Of a stretch of 64,000 nt of DNA, positions 50,561 through 63,656 are shown piece after piece. Position 1 is the first letter of the stretch. Every line of letters begins with the position of its first letter. The notes under the pieces were generated by a model. It searched no databases. It worked only from the letters and a program-made list of their open reading frames with translations, and was not told where the DNA came from. Origin of the DNA: Eutreptiella sp. 'Long Island Sound 2002' (lineage: Eukaryota > Protista > Euglenida); NCBI GenBank assembly GCA_964036045.1, contig OZ038379.1, positions 75,020,001 to 75,084,000 on the forward strand, given 5' to 3'. Position numbers and translations under genes: made by a program.

Positions 50561-53500
50561 CACCTAAGGCACTAATGCATGCCAAATGTGGCACTATAGC
50601 GCCTTCATCAATCGGCACCCACAACATAGCACGCTCTTGCGGCAACACCAAATGGGTTGGAAGGGAAGAGGATGCGCCCCCCGCAAATTTTGGCTCTTTT
50701 AGTGAAACGGCTGACAATTGAGAGCTCTGGCGTGCCACAAATTTATGTGGCCCACCAACCTTTAGTCGCAGGCGCCGCAACCCCTCTACAGCCCTATTCA
50801 AAGGTTGCGGACTCACAAAGAGACGGGCCCTTTGATGCCACAGTACAAGGTCACTTGCGCCCTACGGAGGTGCGCAAACCACCAACCCAGAGGAGCTTAG
50901 AGCACGTGCATTACTGCCCTCATGATCTCCCTGTTGAGCACTGTGCCATGATTGACGCCCGTCCCATTTGGGTTGCTGTGACCCACAACAGCCAACTTGG
51001 GAACACCCTCCACTAGCGGCGATGCACCTGACGACGTGACACAGGAGCCAGCCAGCAGTAAGTGTGGGGCTCCATCCACGCAACATTGGATTAGGGCTGG
51101 TCACGATCAGCCCCAATGCCGCCGTTGCAACGGACAACTTGGGGAAGAAGTGCGCCACCGGCTTGTGGAAAACATGAGCTTCCGCTCGCATGCACCAATC
51201 CCTCGCCCGTTATTGCACATCTTCGTCGCTTCTGCCTTGGGTATTGCCTTGCGTATTGATCACTTGTTCCTATTTACTCGTGCCCTACATCAACCTTGGT
51301 GCCATTTTCCCCCCCATACACACCTAGTGGTCCACTCGATCATCACCTTCCGTGCCCCTCTTCAACCTGAGCTCCCCCAATCTCTGCCCGCCCACAAGCC
51401 CCACTGGACTTCCTCTTCTCCTCATCCCCTACGTTTTGCCCTGCTTCCACGTCCATGGTGTCGCACACCTCGGTGCCACTCGCAAGCAAAGCATCGACGG
51501 ACGTGCCTCCGGGACTCCACTTCCACCCATTCGTTGTTCCACGTCCTTTGCCGCCCCATCCCCTTATGCCACCTCGCATCCTACACGCTTCCCCCCTACC
51601 GCTGCGCCTCCTCCATGCCCTCTTCAAACATCACCCCGTGTCCTAGGATTGCAGCGCCGCCGCCCCTCCGAGTCCCCTCGGACTCTGCAGTGTGTTCCAA
51701 CAGCTACCCCTCCGTGGCCACATGTGCATCAATGTCCGGAGAGCCGCCCCACTCCGGCGAGCACCCGTTGTGCGGGCATCCTTCCCCGCAGATAAGCAGT
51801 ACAATCGGCACCGGTGCCGCCTACATCAGCACCGGTCGTCCCACCGCATGGAGACGATCACCAACATACATACATACATACATACACACATACATACATA
51901 CATACATAGTCATAGTCATAGTCATAACCACTTATCATGCCGTCTACTGGAGTTACTGGCCATCTCACACCGACACGTGGTTCCTATGTCGCTCAATCCC
52001 GTGGGTCTTAGGGCTGCCTGAGCGGGCCCATGGCATGACGCAAGACCCGGAGGACCGGGGATACCAGCCAACCAGGCTTTGGGGTAGTGGCAGCTACAGA
52101 CTGTTAGCATTAGAAACGGCAACGAGTGCTGTCTCGTTGGACTGCCGGGGGTGAAGGGGCAAGGCATGCCAATGCAGGTGCATAGCAACAAGCAGAAAGC
52201 AAGGGCGCCTCCTATGGGTGCAACGCGGCAGCTAAGAAACAAAGCAGCATACACGCCGCGAAGCAATGGCTGGCCCCGTCACGGTGTCCATCCCTGGTAC
52301 CCTTAGACTGCTCATCCCCTCGGACCATGTACACCCTACAACCGGTAGCGCACGTGCATAAGTCCAAAGACGCACAGCAAGGGTTTCTGGGGAGCTCCAG
52401 CCTCGCCTGGCCCTCAGCCTTCATTGCCCCCTTGTCCGAATCGTACAGGCCGTCAATACTATGAGCCCACCCCGGGCAACCCCCAAACAGATATACACCA
52501 TTGTATATAAGCACACGATACTACTCCATCGTCACTAGTAGCTAAGAGCCGTGCTCGTGGTGTACTCCCGTCGGAGCCCAAATATATAGAGGACTGGTAC
52601 CCTCTCCCTGAGACCGTGACCTGAGGTGACCCGTGGTATTTGTACATACGCTCTTGTAATATATCACGAAGGTCCACAGGGGGGCTGCTGGCCACCCCGT
52701 AGCGTAGGCAAAACCAGTGAATATCGCTAGCTTGGATTCGGGCTTGCGGGTGCCGTAGCTTGGTTATCGACCCCTTGTAGGGGTACCCAGCAGAGGTTCG
52801 CCCCGGGCCGTGGTAAACAAGTTCACCTCATGTGGCCAACATACATTGCCTCGACGCCTACCCTTGACCCTTACCTGCACTAATTGCCCAATTCCCGTGG
52901 TTGTGCCATCTCCGCCACAACGGCGGCCGGACTGCACGTTCGGCATCCACCGAAAACGTGGCATGCCTACTTATAGCACAGGCTTGTGCCTCACCCCCTA
53001 GACCTCTCGTATAGACACAGTGTGCAACGATACATCACGGGCCGCTCATGGCATGTTCCCCCAATCTAGTTCTGCGTGTCCGCTGCCACGGCATAGACTA
53101 TGCGTGCCGCTTCTGTCTGTGCGACGCCCCACCGCCTGTTCGCTCCGCCGCCGGGCCATACCGCCACACCACCGCATTGGTCTATTACCCGCCGGTGTCT
53201 TTCCCCGCGCTCACAACCGCCACAACTCCCGCCGCCGTGCTACTAGTTTTACGTGCAGAGGTCAGATGGTTAGGCTATCTACACGCCCGCAGCCATTGTC
53301 CCTCTAGTTTGTTTGAGGGGCCAGGGAAGGCCCCAGTACTCCCTCCGAGTTGTTCCGGGGTTCAAAGGGACACCCTAGTAACACCATGAGTACCCCGAGG
53401 GGTTACGAAACACCCCAGTACTCCCACTGAATCGATTCTGGGGCCCGTGGGCGGCCTCTCTTCCTCCGTGATTTGGTCCCGGCGTCCGGGGATGCCCCCG

Positions 53501-54892
53501 TAGTCCCACTAACTTTCCTCCGGGGCCCAAGGGCGGCCCCAATGCCTCCTTGGCTCAACCATTCGCGTCATGCTTGTAGCAGCCCCACTCCATGCGGCGC
53601 CTGGCCTGCCGAGCTGCTACCCAGCCAATACATGTGGCGCGGGCACAGGGACACTGACATATTCATCCAACCACCAGAGTAACCTGACAACGAACCCCCG
53701 TGACTGCCGTAACTGGGCCGCCAGTAGAGACCCTGGTGCCATGGGAATACCCAACAGGGGTTCGGGCCTTTTTACCCTGGTCGGGGCGACCCATGACACC
53801 TCACTTCAGTATGCGGCGAGCCGGGGCAGGCGGGTGTAGCCTCACTTCACTAGTTGAACCGCGTGTGCGGATGCGGCATAGTGCACTATCAAGCTTCCAC
53901 CACCTGCCACATCGCGTTGGCCGTCATATCAGATCTGCCGTCGCCGCACACAAAGGCTGGTATGAGACCACTTGTAAAATGCCACCACCACTTCCGCGTC
54001 CATTAGATGGGCAACACATGGCCCGTCCACCATCTTTGCACCTGGCCACGCAGGATCACCCCCGATACCAATAGCTCCCCTACAAAATTCCTCGGTGATG
54101 AGAGCCACAGTACTCGTGAGTCACCGTCCAGCGCAGCCTACCACAGCAGCAGGGGCAGTGCCGCATTCGGGTCTTTTGGGCATCGCACTCAATCCATGTG
54201 GACACCCCGCAAGTCACGCTGAATCGCCTTCCACGCACCTGACGACAATTGTCCTCCGTGGCGTAGCGCCCATCTGGCTTTGGGCCACCCCTTACTGGCG
54301 GGCTTTGGGCATGACCAACAAAGTGGGATAGAGGCACGCTGATGCACCCGTACCGGCGCCGTTTCTCCGCACCCGCGGCACTTTAGCGGGAGCACCGACC
54401 GTGATGAGACACACCCACCTTCACAGCATTGAGACCACAGATCCTGCCATACATCAGTGCAGGCCTCATGGTGGCGGAGAAGCGCACCTGCCAATGCACC
54501 AGCAATGGCACTACGGAGCAGGCTCTGCTTCGACTGGTCCCACGTGGACGCCGGGGCGAGAACCGGTTGTCCATCCAATTTCCCCGAGAGGTATTGGAGT
54601 AGCCGGGGCCACCGCACTACTTGGAGACTCGGTATGCCCCCCGCCAGGAGCCTCCACCCATAGTCATGCACAATCTCCCCGATCATGTCCATCCTGGCTT
54701 GACCGGGGCTTGGGACCAATGCGACAACCAATCGCTGTTCCGCAGACTGTGTCTCGACCACCAGCCCAAGGTCCAAGGCATACAACCTGTGACGGGCGAC
54801 CGCAGCCACGTTGTCATCCCCTTTTGGCAATGATAACAGCACCTCCTTGACGCATTGCAGCGCGTCGTCCCCCTAGATCCGCGCAAGCTGCT

Positions 54893-56014
54893 TGAAACCT
54901 ATCAGAACTGCCATGGACCTTTGCCCCTCCGCCACCGGAATGATCCTCCGTAGGCACCGGTCATAAAGCCACAATCGCCCCACGGCCAACACAGTGGCCA
55001 GTGCCAGAACTAGGAGGGAGCACAACGGTTGCTGGAGGACTGGTAGCAGTTCACGGGGCGAGCCCATTATGTTTCCGACTGCAGGATGGTTTGCAAACAC
55101 TTGTAGCCAGGGTTCGCAATGACCATCTCCTTCGCGCACCATGGTACCACGGATGGTGGCCCAGGACGGTGCGGACACCGTACGGGACCGCTCTCGGAAT
55201 GCGGCGAAGTCTTGGGCTACCAAGCATTCCATCCATTGGCTAAAGGCCTGCGCCGCCGCTGCCATCCATGGGCAAACGTGGACATGGCCTCAATGTGTGT
55301 CATGTACTACGTGGACACCAACAACGCATGCGGTTGCGCCCTCTGAAAGGCCGCATGCAGGCTACTTGGTAGACCATCGAAAGGGGTCCACAGCAGCAAC
55401 TGCCTAACCCTTGGGGCCGGCGGACAGAAGGGGGTATCACCTCGCAGGAATGCTGAACCCTACCAGAACTGCCATGGACCTTTGCCCCTAAGCCACCGGA
55501 ATGATCCTCTGTAGGCACCGGTCATACAGCCACAATCGCCCCACGGCTAACACAGTGGCCACTGCCAGAACTACGAGGGACCACAACGGTTGCTGGAGGT
55601 ATGGTAGAAGTTCACGGGGCGAGCCCATTATGTTTCCGACTGCAGGATGGTTTGCAAACACTTGTAGCCATGGTTCGCAATGACCATCTCGTTCGCGCAC
55701 CATGGTACCACGGATGGTGGCCCAGGACGGTGCGGACACCGTACGGGACCGCTCTCGGAATGCGGCGAAGTCTTGGGCTACCAAGCATTCCATCCATTTG
55801 CTAAAGGCCTGCGCCGCCGCCGCCATCCATGGGGAAACGTGGACATGGCCTCAGCGTGTGTCATGTACTACGTGGACACCAACAACGCATGCGGTTGCAA
55901 CCTCTGAAAGGCCGCATGCAGGCTGCCTGGGAGGCCATCGAAAGGGTTCCACAGCAGCAACGGCCTAACCCTTGGGGCCGGCGGACAGAAGGGGGTATCA
56001 CCTCGCAGGAATGC
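54893..56014. repeat. 561-bp tandem duplication within beta-2
   Basis: CAGAACTGCCATGG at 54903 and 55464; copies span 54893-55453 and 55454-56014. Confidence 0.92.
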
Positions 56015-57931
56015 ATATGCGGCCTTCCTCCGATCGCGCAGCGGCGGTTGCATGATCTTGGTGAGCCGATGATTCCTCCACGCGTGACCATCTTCCCCAA
56101 TCTGCATCATGTCCTCTGGGAGATAGCTTGGCCTTCGCGGGGCTCCGGGACAACGCAGCACTCACTTCCGCGAAGACCCGCTTGAGTCTCCGGAAACTAC
56201 TCCTATCATCAAGGACTCCGTCCACCTGCATCCGTGCTCTTTCCAGGACGTGATCTCAACGGCTTTGTCCGCCAGTGGTAGATCCGTAGTGAACTCCTGA
56301 ACCTTCGCACACAAGAGGCGCGCCACCGCTTCGTCCCTTTCACACAGTATGCGCCTGTGGCCGGTGTCATCTTCGGGCCCTCCGCAGAAGATGCAGGGAA
56401 GCGCCGGAATCACCGTACAGGTGACTTTCTGCCGCCACCGTCGCATGACTTGCTTGGTGGGGAGGCGGCCGTCCCGTGCGCGAAGCAGGTCTCGGTCTGT
56501 AGGGCCATGATGCAACGCTCCCAAAGGCACCGCCTCACAAGCACTAGCAAAGGGCGTGTGGGCCTTAGTGCGCGCCGCCACTGCGATCCACACCGCCTCC
56601 CTAACCTCCTAGAGGGCTTGCATGCGGGGCGCATGTGGTTCTAGCACCACATCTTTCTTAGGCAGCAGGAGGGTTGCATGTTCCTTTGGCAACAGGAGGT
56701 GCACTGGCGGGGCCTTCGCGCGGGCCGCAGCGAAGTCCGTTTCCTCAGGCGGGACCGCTGCAAAGTGCGAGCTATGGGGCCCTACAACTCTGCATGGCAG
56801 CTAGCGCAGCCCCTCCGCGTGTTGGTTGACTAAATGGGAGGTTGGTCCTTTGACGCCGCGGTCCAGGGTCTCCTGAGCCCTGCACAGGTGCACCCCTATG
56901 ATGGAGGCATCCACAACGTGAACCGTACGGCTAGACGGACGGGTGTGGAGCACGTATGCGGCTGTCCAGATGATCTCCGCCTCGGGGACCGTGCCGCGGA
57001 TGGCACCTGTCGTGGGGCTGCCATGGGTCGCCACTGCCACGTTGTGGACCCGTCTTCCTCAGGAGACGCATATGATGGCGTGACCTTTGCAACCACTGGC
57101 ACCCAACAGTACCTCTGGGGTTGCAGCCATGCCACGTATGAATGTGGCCTCATCACGACTTTTCCCAGCGACGCCGCATTGGAAGCCGTGAGCTCCGGTG
57201 AGAGAACAGCTTTCGGGCGATACACTCCCTTCAGCCGCCAGTGTATGTCGCATCCGCAAATGGACTTGATGCCGGCGAGGTCTGTGGTATACTCCACTCC
57301 CCGCACGGCCGTGAGCGGCTGATATACCACCACCGTTCCCTGCCCCACCGCCCCACCTTCGCGCAGCGAAGTGACAGCGACGTGCGGATCATGTGGTACT
57401 TTGTCCAGCCTGAAGCACCTCCGGGGCCGGGCTTTCATCAAAATCATAAACAGGGCCTGACGGCAGTATTAGGACTATAGCACACTCCTCCCGTCCCCAC
57501 ACCGCGTTGCATGCCCTGTCAAACGCCGACCTCCCGTGTACAACCCACAGAGGCGGAGGGCTAAGACCGCCCCCGGCATGTGGGGTAAGAAGGGAGATTG
57601 ACGCCGGATCATCATGTTGCCAATGACCGTCGAAGACAACCCCCCATAAGAACATCAGGGCGTCTAGCGTAACGACTGGCATGGACGGCCATGGACAGTC
57701 CGGGTTCCAGTTGTCGTCCCTATACCCTCCAACCACATACGCATCGCTCGTGGTAGACTGCCTTGTGCGCTTGGTGGCTTTTTTGTGTCGCACCGGGTGA
57801 AGGGGACGATGAGTGAGGGGACTGGGCATCTGGGACTCGAGGACCGCTTGGAGACGCGTTGGCTGCACATGGTCTAGCTGAGTGGGCGCAACTCCCGCAT
57901 TGGGAAGGTGTAGGTGGTCCTCGTGACACTC

Positions 57932-60900
57932 GCCCTTGGTACGCGCTCCACGACCCAATCTTGTTCTAGCCTAGACGCCGCTAAAGTGGCTAGAACGAAA
58001 ATAAGTAGTGGTTGCCCCGACCCATGGGCATAGGGGGGCGCGGGTATGAAGGGTGCAAATGGGACCCGTATTACCATACTAGAAGGTCCGTACCTGGTTT
58101 TTCAGAAAAACACATTTTTGACGTGAAATTAAACACGTAGAAAAAACCGTTCTAGGAACATTCTAGCGCCATTCTAGTGCCGCCCCGCCAGAACGGTGCT
58201 AGAACGACGTTAGAACGCTTCGCTACAACAAGGCCAGAACAAAAACATGCACAAACATATGGCAAGTAAAAGACACCAATGTGGGAGGGGGGGGGGTTCC
58301 ATGACACATAGACACACGAAAACCATCACATTTGGTACATGTCTAGTCATATGCACACACACACACACACACCCATGCACGCACACATTCTTACATAGGC
58401 ACGGGCACTGTGGGGCTGCCCTCCCTTCTAGCGTTCGTTGGGGGGGGGGGGGCGTCTTTGCTTTTGTCACACATTTTTTGTGGGGGGGCTTGGGAACTAT
58501 CTTGGGGGGGGGGGGGTTGAAATCAGGGGTCTGGGAGGGTGTTCTTTTCTTTGTTTCACAAGTGGTTTTTTATTGGATTTTTGTGGTATTGGACTGCCGA
58601 ACTGCAATTGCAAGTTGCAGGTATGACATGCAATGTTGTGCAGTGTTGTGGTGTGTTGTGGTCTGGTAAGGTGTAAAGTGCTGTCATGTAGTGTGGTGTG
58701 TTGTGGTGTGCTGCGGCCTGCTGTAGTGTGTGATCTGCTGTGGTGTGTTGTACTGTGCGGGGGGGGGGGGGGGGGTAGTGTGTTGTGGTCACATGACGTC
58801 CCCTGTGGTGTGCTGTGTTGTCATGTGGTGCCGTCGGGTGTCACGTGGTGTGGTCTGGTGTGCTGGGGTATCGTGTGATAGGATTGCCTGTCTGGTTGGT
58901 TGAAGGGTGTGTTGGTTGCCTGGCAGGTTGGGTTGTTTCAGTGTTTGGCAGCCTGGGTTCTTTGTTGGGTGTTTGGCTGGTTAGGGCATGTGGTGTGGTG
59001 TCTGCACCCTGTGGTGTTAGGTGCCGTATGCCGCTGTATGCTCTGTGATGTCATGCCTGTGGGTACCCATGCAATTACTCCCATTCCAAGGACGGGGGGC
59101 GGGTTAATTGGAAGTTACCACTTTTGCTGTAGCGGCGTTCTAGGGGTTCATTCTAGCGGCACTCTAGCGGCTGCTAGAGCGCCGCTAGAGCAGTTCCCTC
59201 GAACGGCGCTAGAACAAAAATAGTAACTGCTTATAAGCCGCCCTCCCCTCCCTTGGAATGGCAGTAATTACATGGGTACCCACAGACATGACATCACAGA
59301 GCATACAACAGCATAAAGCACCACACACCACAGGGTGCGGACACCATACAGCATGCCCCGATCAGCCAAACATGCAACAATTAACCAAAGCGGCCAAACA
59401 ACCCAACCTGCCAAGCAACCAACACACCATTCAACCAACCAAACACGCAACCCTATCACACGATATCCCATCACACCACACCACACCACATGACACCAGA
59501 CCACATGACATGACACCCGACCGCACCACATGACAACACACCACACCACATGACACTGTGTCGTAGTCTATTGTGGTGTGTGATCTGCTGTGGTGTGCTG
59601 TCCTGTGCGGTGGCGTGGTGTGTTGTGGTCACATGACGTGCCCTGTGGTGTGCTGTGTTGTCATGTGGTGTGGTCGGGTGTCACATGGTGTGGTCTGGTG
59701 TGCTGGGGTATCGTGTGATAGGATTGCCTGTCTGGTTGGTTGAAGGGTGTGTTGGTTGCCTGGCACGTTGGGTTGTTTGGCAGCCTGGGTTCTTTGTTGG
59801 GTGTTTGGCTGGTTAGGGCATGTGGTGTGGTGTCTGCACCCTGTGGTGTTAGGTGCCGTATGCCGCTGCATGCTCTGTGATGTCATGTCTGTGAGTACCC
59901 ATGCAATTACTCCCATTCCAAGGGAGGGGGGGGGCTAATTTGAAGTTACTATTTTTGCTGTAGCGGCGTTCCAGGGAGGCGCTCTAGCGGCCGCTAGAGT
60001 GCTGCTAGAACAGTTCCCGCGAACGCCGCTAGAACAAAAATAGTAACTGCTTATAAGACCCCCTCCCCTCCCTTGGAATGGCAGTAATTACATGGGTACC
60101 CACAGACATGACATCACAGAGCATACAACAGCATACAACACCACACACCACAGGGTGTGGACACCACACAGCATGCCCCAACCAGCCAAACACCCAACAA
60201 TTAACCAAAGCTGCCAAACAACCCAACCTGCCAAGCAACCAACACACCATTCAACCAACCAAACACGCAACCCTATCGCACAATATCCCACCACACCACA
60301 CCACACCACATGACACCAGACCACATGACATGACACCCGACCGCACCACATGACAACACACCACACCACATGACACGGTGTCGTAGTCTGTTGTGGTGTG
60401 TGATCTGCTACCGTGTGATGTACTGTGCAGTGGCGTAGTGTGTTGTGGTCAGATGTGCCCTGTGGTGTGTTGTGTTGTCAGGCGGTGTGGTCGGGTTGGT
60501 TGTCTGCTTGGTTGTATAGTGTGTTGGTTGCTTGTTTGCTTTGGTTTGTAGCTACGTTGAGTCGTTTGGCAGCTTGGGCTATTTGATGGGTGTTTAGCCG
60601 TTTGGGGCATGCTGTGTGGTGTAGGCACCTTGTGGTGTGTGCTGTGGTATGTTGTTGTATGCTCTGTGACGTCATGCCTATCGGTACACATGTATTTGCT
60701 GCCATTCCAAGGGAGGGGTGGGGGAGGGTAAGCATTTACTATTTTTGTTGTAGCGGCGTTCGCAGCAACTGTTCTAGCGGCGTTCTAGCGGCGCTCTAGC
60801 GGGCTGCTAGGGCGCCGCTAGAATGCCGCTAGAACAGTTCCCTAGAACGCCGCTGGAAGAAAAATATTAAATGCTTACCAGCCCCCCGCCCCCCCCTCTC

Positions 60901-61674
60901 CCTTGCAATGGCAGCAAATACATGTTCACCCACAAACATGACATCACAGAGCATACAAAAGCATACGGCAGCACACACCACACGGTGCACACACCACACA
61001 GCATGCCCCAAGCTGCCAAACAACCCGACCTGCGAAGTAACCAACACACCATTCAACCAACCACACCAACCACACCACATGAAAACACAGCACACCACAG
61101 GGCTCGTCATGTGACCAGAACACACTACCCCCCCACAAAGTACAACACACCACAGCCAATCACACACTACAGCAGACCGCAGCGCAACACACCACACCAC
61201 AGCACACCACACCACATGACAAGAGGCCAAACCAGATGACACCAGACCACACCACATGACAACACAGCACACCACAAGGCACCTCATCTGACCACAACAC
61301 AACACAGCACGCCACGACACTGCACAACACACCATAGCAGATCACACACCACAACAGACTATACACAGCACACCACACCACTTTACACCTTACGAGACCA
61401 TAACACACCACAACACTGCACAACATTGCATGGCATACATGCAACTTGAAATTGCATTTCGCCAATCCAAAATCATAAAAATCCAATGAAAAACCACATG
61501 TGAAACAAAGAAAAGAACACCCTCCCAGACCCCTGATTGCAACCCCCCCCAAGGCAGTTCTCAAGCCCGCCACTTGAAAAATGTGTGACAAGAGCAAAGA
61601 CGCCCCCCCCCCCACCAACTCTTGAAGGGAGGGCAGCCCCACAGTGCCCGTGCCTACGTCAAAATGTGTGCGTG

Positions 61675-61717
<43 letters not shown>

Positions 61718-61845
61718 TAATTTGTTTTTTGTGTTCTACCCAGGCTATTATATCGTTCTAGTATTGATCTTTTCTAGGCTAGAACATCTAGGCTAGAGTG
61801 TTCTAGCCTAGAACGAGATTGGGTCTTCTAGCGTGTACCAAGGGC
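57932..61845. mobile_element. 3914-bp foldback-like element: 44-bp TIRs, long inverted arms and three tandem ~820-bp palindromes
   Basis: TIR GCCCTTGGTAC... matches at 38 of 44 positions. AGAACAAAAA at 59211 and 60031 with a variant at ~60855. Flanks ACACTC and CCGAAGC rejoin to match LINE-A ACACTCCCGGAGC. Confidence 0.9.
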
Positions 61846-63067
61846 CCGAAGCTGCACGGCCCAATGTCCGGGCTCATGGTATGGAAGCTGCGCGTGCAGG
61901 AGGTCATTCGCGAGATCCGTCAAGGACCTCACCGCCGCGTCCGTACGGGGCCCAGACAGCACACAGATGTCTCTACCCTTGAAAGTGTAGGACCGGGTCG
62001 CCCATTGCCGTCCAACCGATTGCACCCGCGGCACGTAGGCGTGCACGCACGAGTACACTGATCTGGCATGAGGACTCCTAGCCCCAGCGTAAGCATCGCT
62101 CTGAGCACTCCGTCGACCCGCGTGTCCCCTACATGCGACGCGAACGACGTGGAGGGAACCATGAATTGACCGCACACTCCAAACTGCCTGTGCAGGTCGT
62201 CAACCATGGCTCTCAATGCACCTTTGATCGCAGCCGAGCAATGATGTGTGAGTTGCGCCAAGGTTACTACCAGGGAGTCACGTCACAGGACCCGAATATC
62301 CACCAACTTAAGCCCTTGATCAGACCGCACCGCCACGTTGGACAGGTCTTTGGGCAGATTTTGAAGCTGCAAGGCGGCAGTCTTGATGGCAGCATTCAAC
62401 CTCACCACTTCCTCCGCAGTGTCCGACAAGTAGGGCACCGCGTACCGCACAATGTCACCCACCACCGCTCCCATCACCTCATGGGGTATTGACGCCGGCC
62501 CCCGGGTGTTCTTGCACCAGCCTAGGAGACCTTCGCAGCGGAGTACATGCTTCTCCGTCATGGATGACATTCCTTTCGGATCCAGTCGGAGCCCCAGGTA
62601 CGGCACAGTACTCTTGGCCACGAGACAGATCCACGCAGCTACCGCGTTGCTAGGGCTCATGTGCACCATGATCGAGGGCATGCGAGCGGTAGTGGCGTAC
62701 GCACACTTGCCAACGTTGAGGGACATGCCCATGTCCGCCAGGTACTGCGCAATTGCCGTTGCATACTCTAGGAACTGCGGTAAGGAGTGCGCTATTAGCA
62801 AGACGAGGTCACAATATACTTGCTCCAGGGGAGGCACAACGTGGCAAGTATCCCCTTGGGCTTTGCGGGCAAGGCTCCGCAAGAGGGGTTCCAAGAGGAG
62901 GAAGTGGAGCACGGTGCTTTCTGCGCTGCCTTGCGGCAGGCCTCGATGGAGGCGGATGCTCGGGGTGGGACCATGCGCTTTGGCAATGCGCACTGTGGAG
63001 CCGCAGCTAACGAGATGGAAGAGCTTTATAAGCTCCTCCGGGACCCCCATGTGGCGCAGGAGGAGAG

Positions 63068-63656
63068 CCAGCGTCGGAAGGCGCTATATGCCAAAAGGCT
63101 AGTGAGCCTACCGGCCTTTGAGAGGCTGTCCGGGCCCACATCCATCGAGGTGTACCTGACGAGTGGAAGTCGGTATAGGACTACACCCTGCGGGACCTCA
63201 AGGACGCCATGAAGCAGGCCGTGGCGAACGACAAGGCGCCGGGGTCCAATAGAGTCACGGCGGCCCTCATCGTGGAGATGCCCGAGCCGGTGCAACGGCT
63301 TCTAGTACACGCCTCCCGGGCCATACTCCGTGGTGCGGAAGTCCTGCAATTGTGGCATGAGGCCATCATCGGGCTTATGCTCAAGGGCACGGCCACGGGG
63401 AACTCGGATGCCACATGCCCATAGCGTTGAAACAACAGGACATGAGAATGCTTATGACACCCCTCATGAGGAGGTTCACAACAGTCCTCGCTCCTAAGGG
63501 ACTGGCTGCAGACTGGCGGTTTGGGGCCATGGCGGGCTCAACGGCGGCAGCCCTGGAGTTTTTCGCACATCGCAGACTGCAGCAAGGACAGGAGGAGAAT
63601 CATGTCCTGGCCTTTGACGTCTCCAAGGCCTTCGACACCGCCCCGCATGGGGCGGT
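63068..63656 (+). pseudogene. Inverted ~590-bp RT segment of beta-2
   Basis: KAPGSN, IALKQQ and AFDVSKAFDTAPHG read on the plus strand while both flanks read on the minus strand. Confidence 0.92.
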
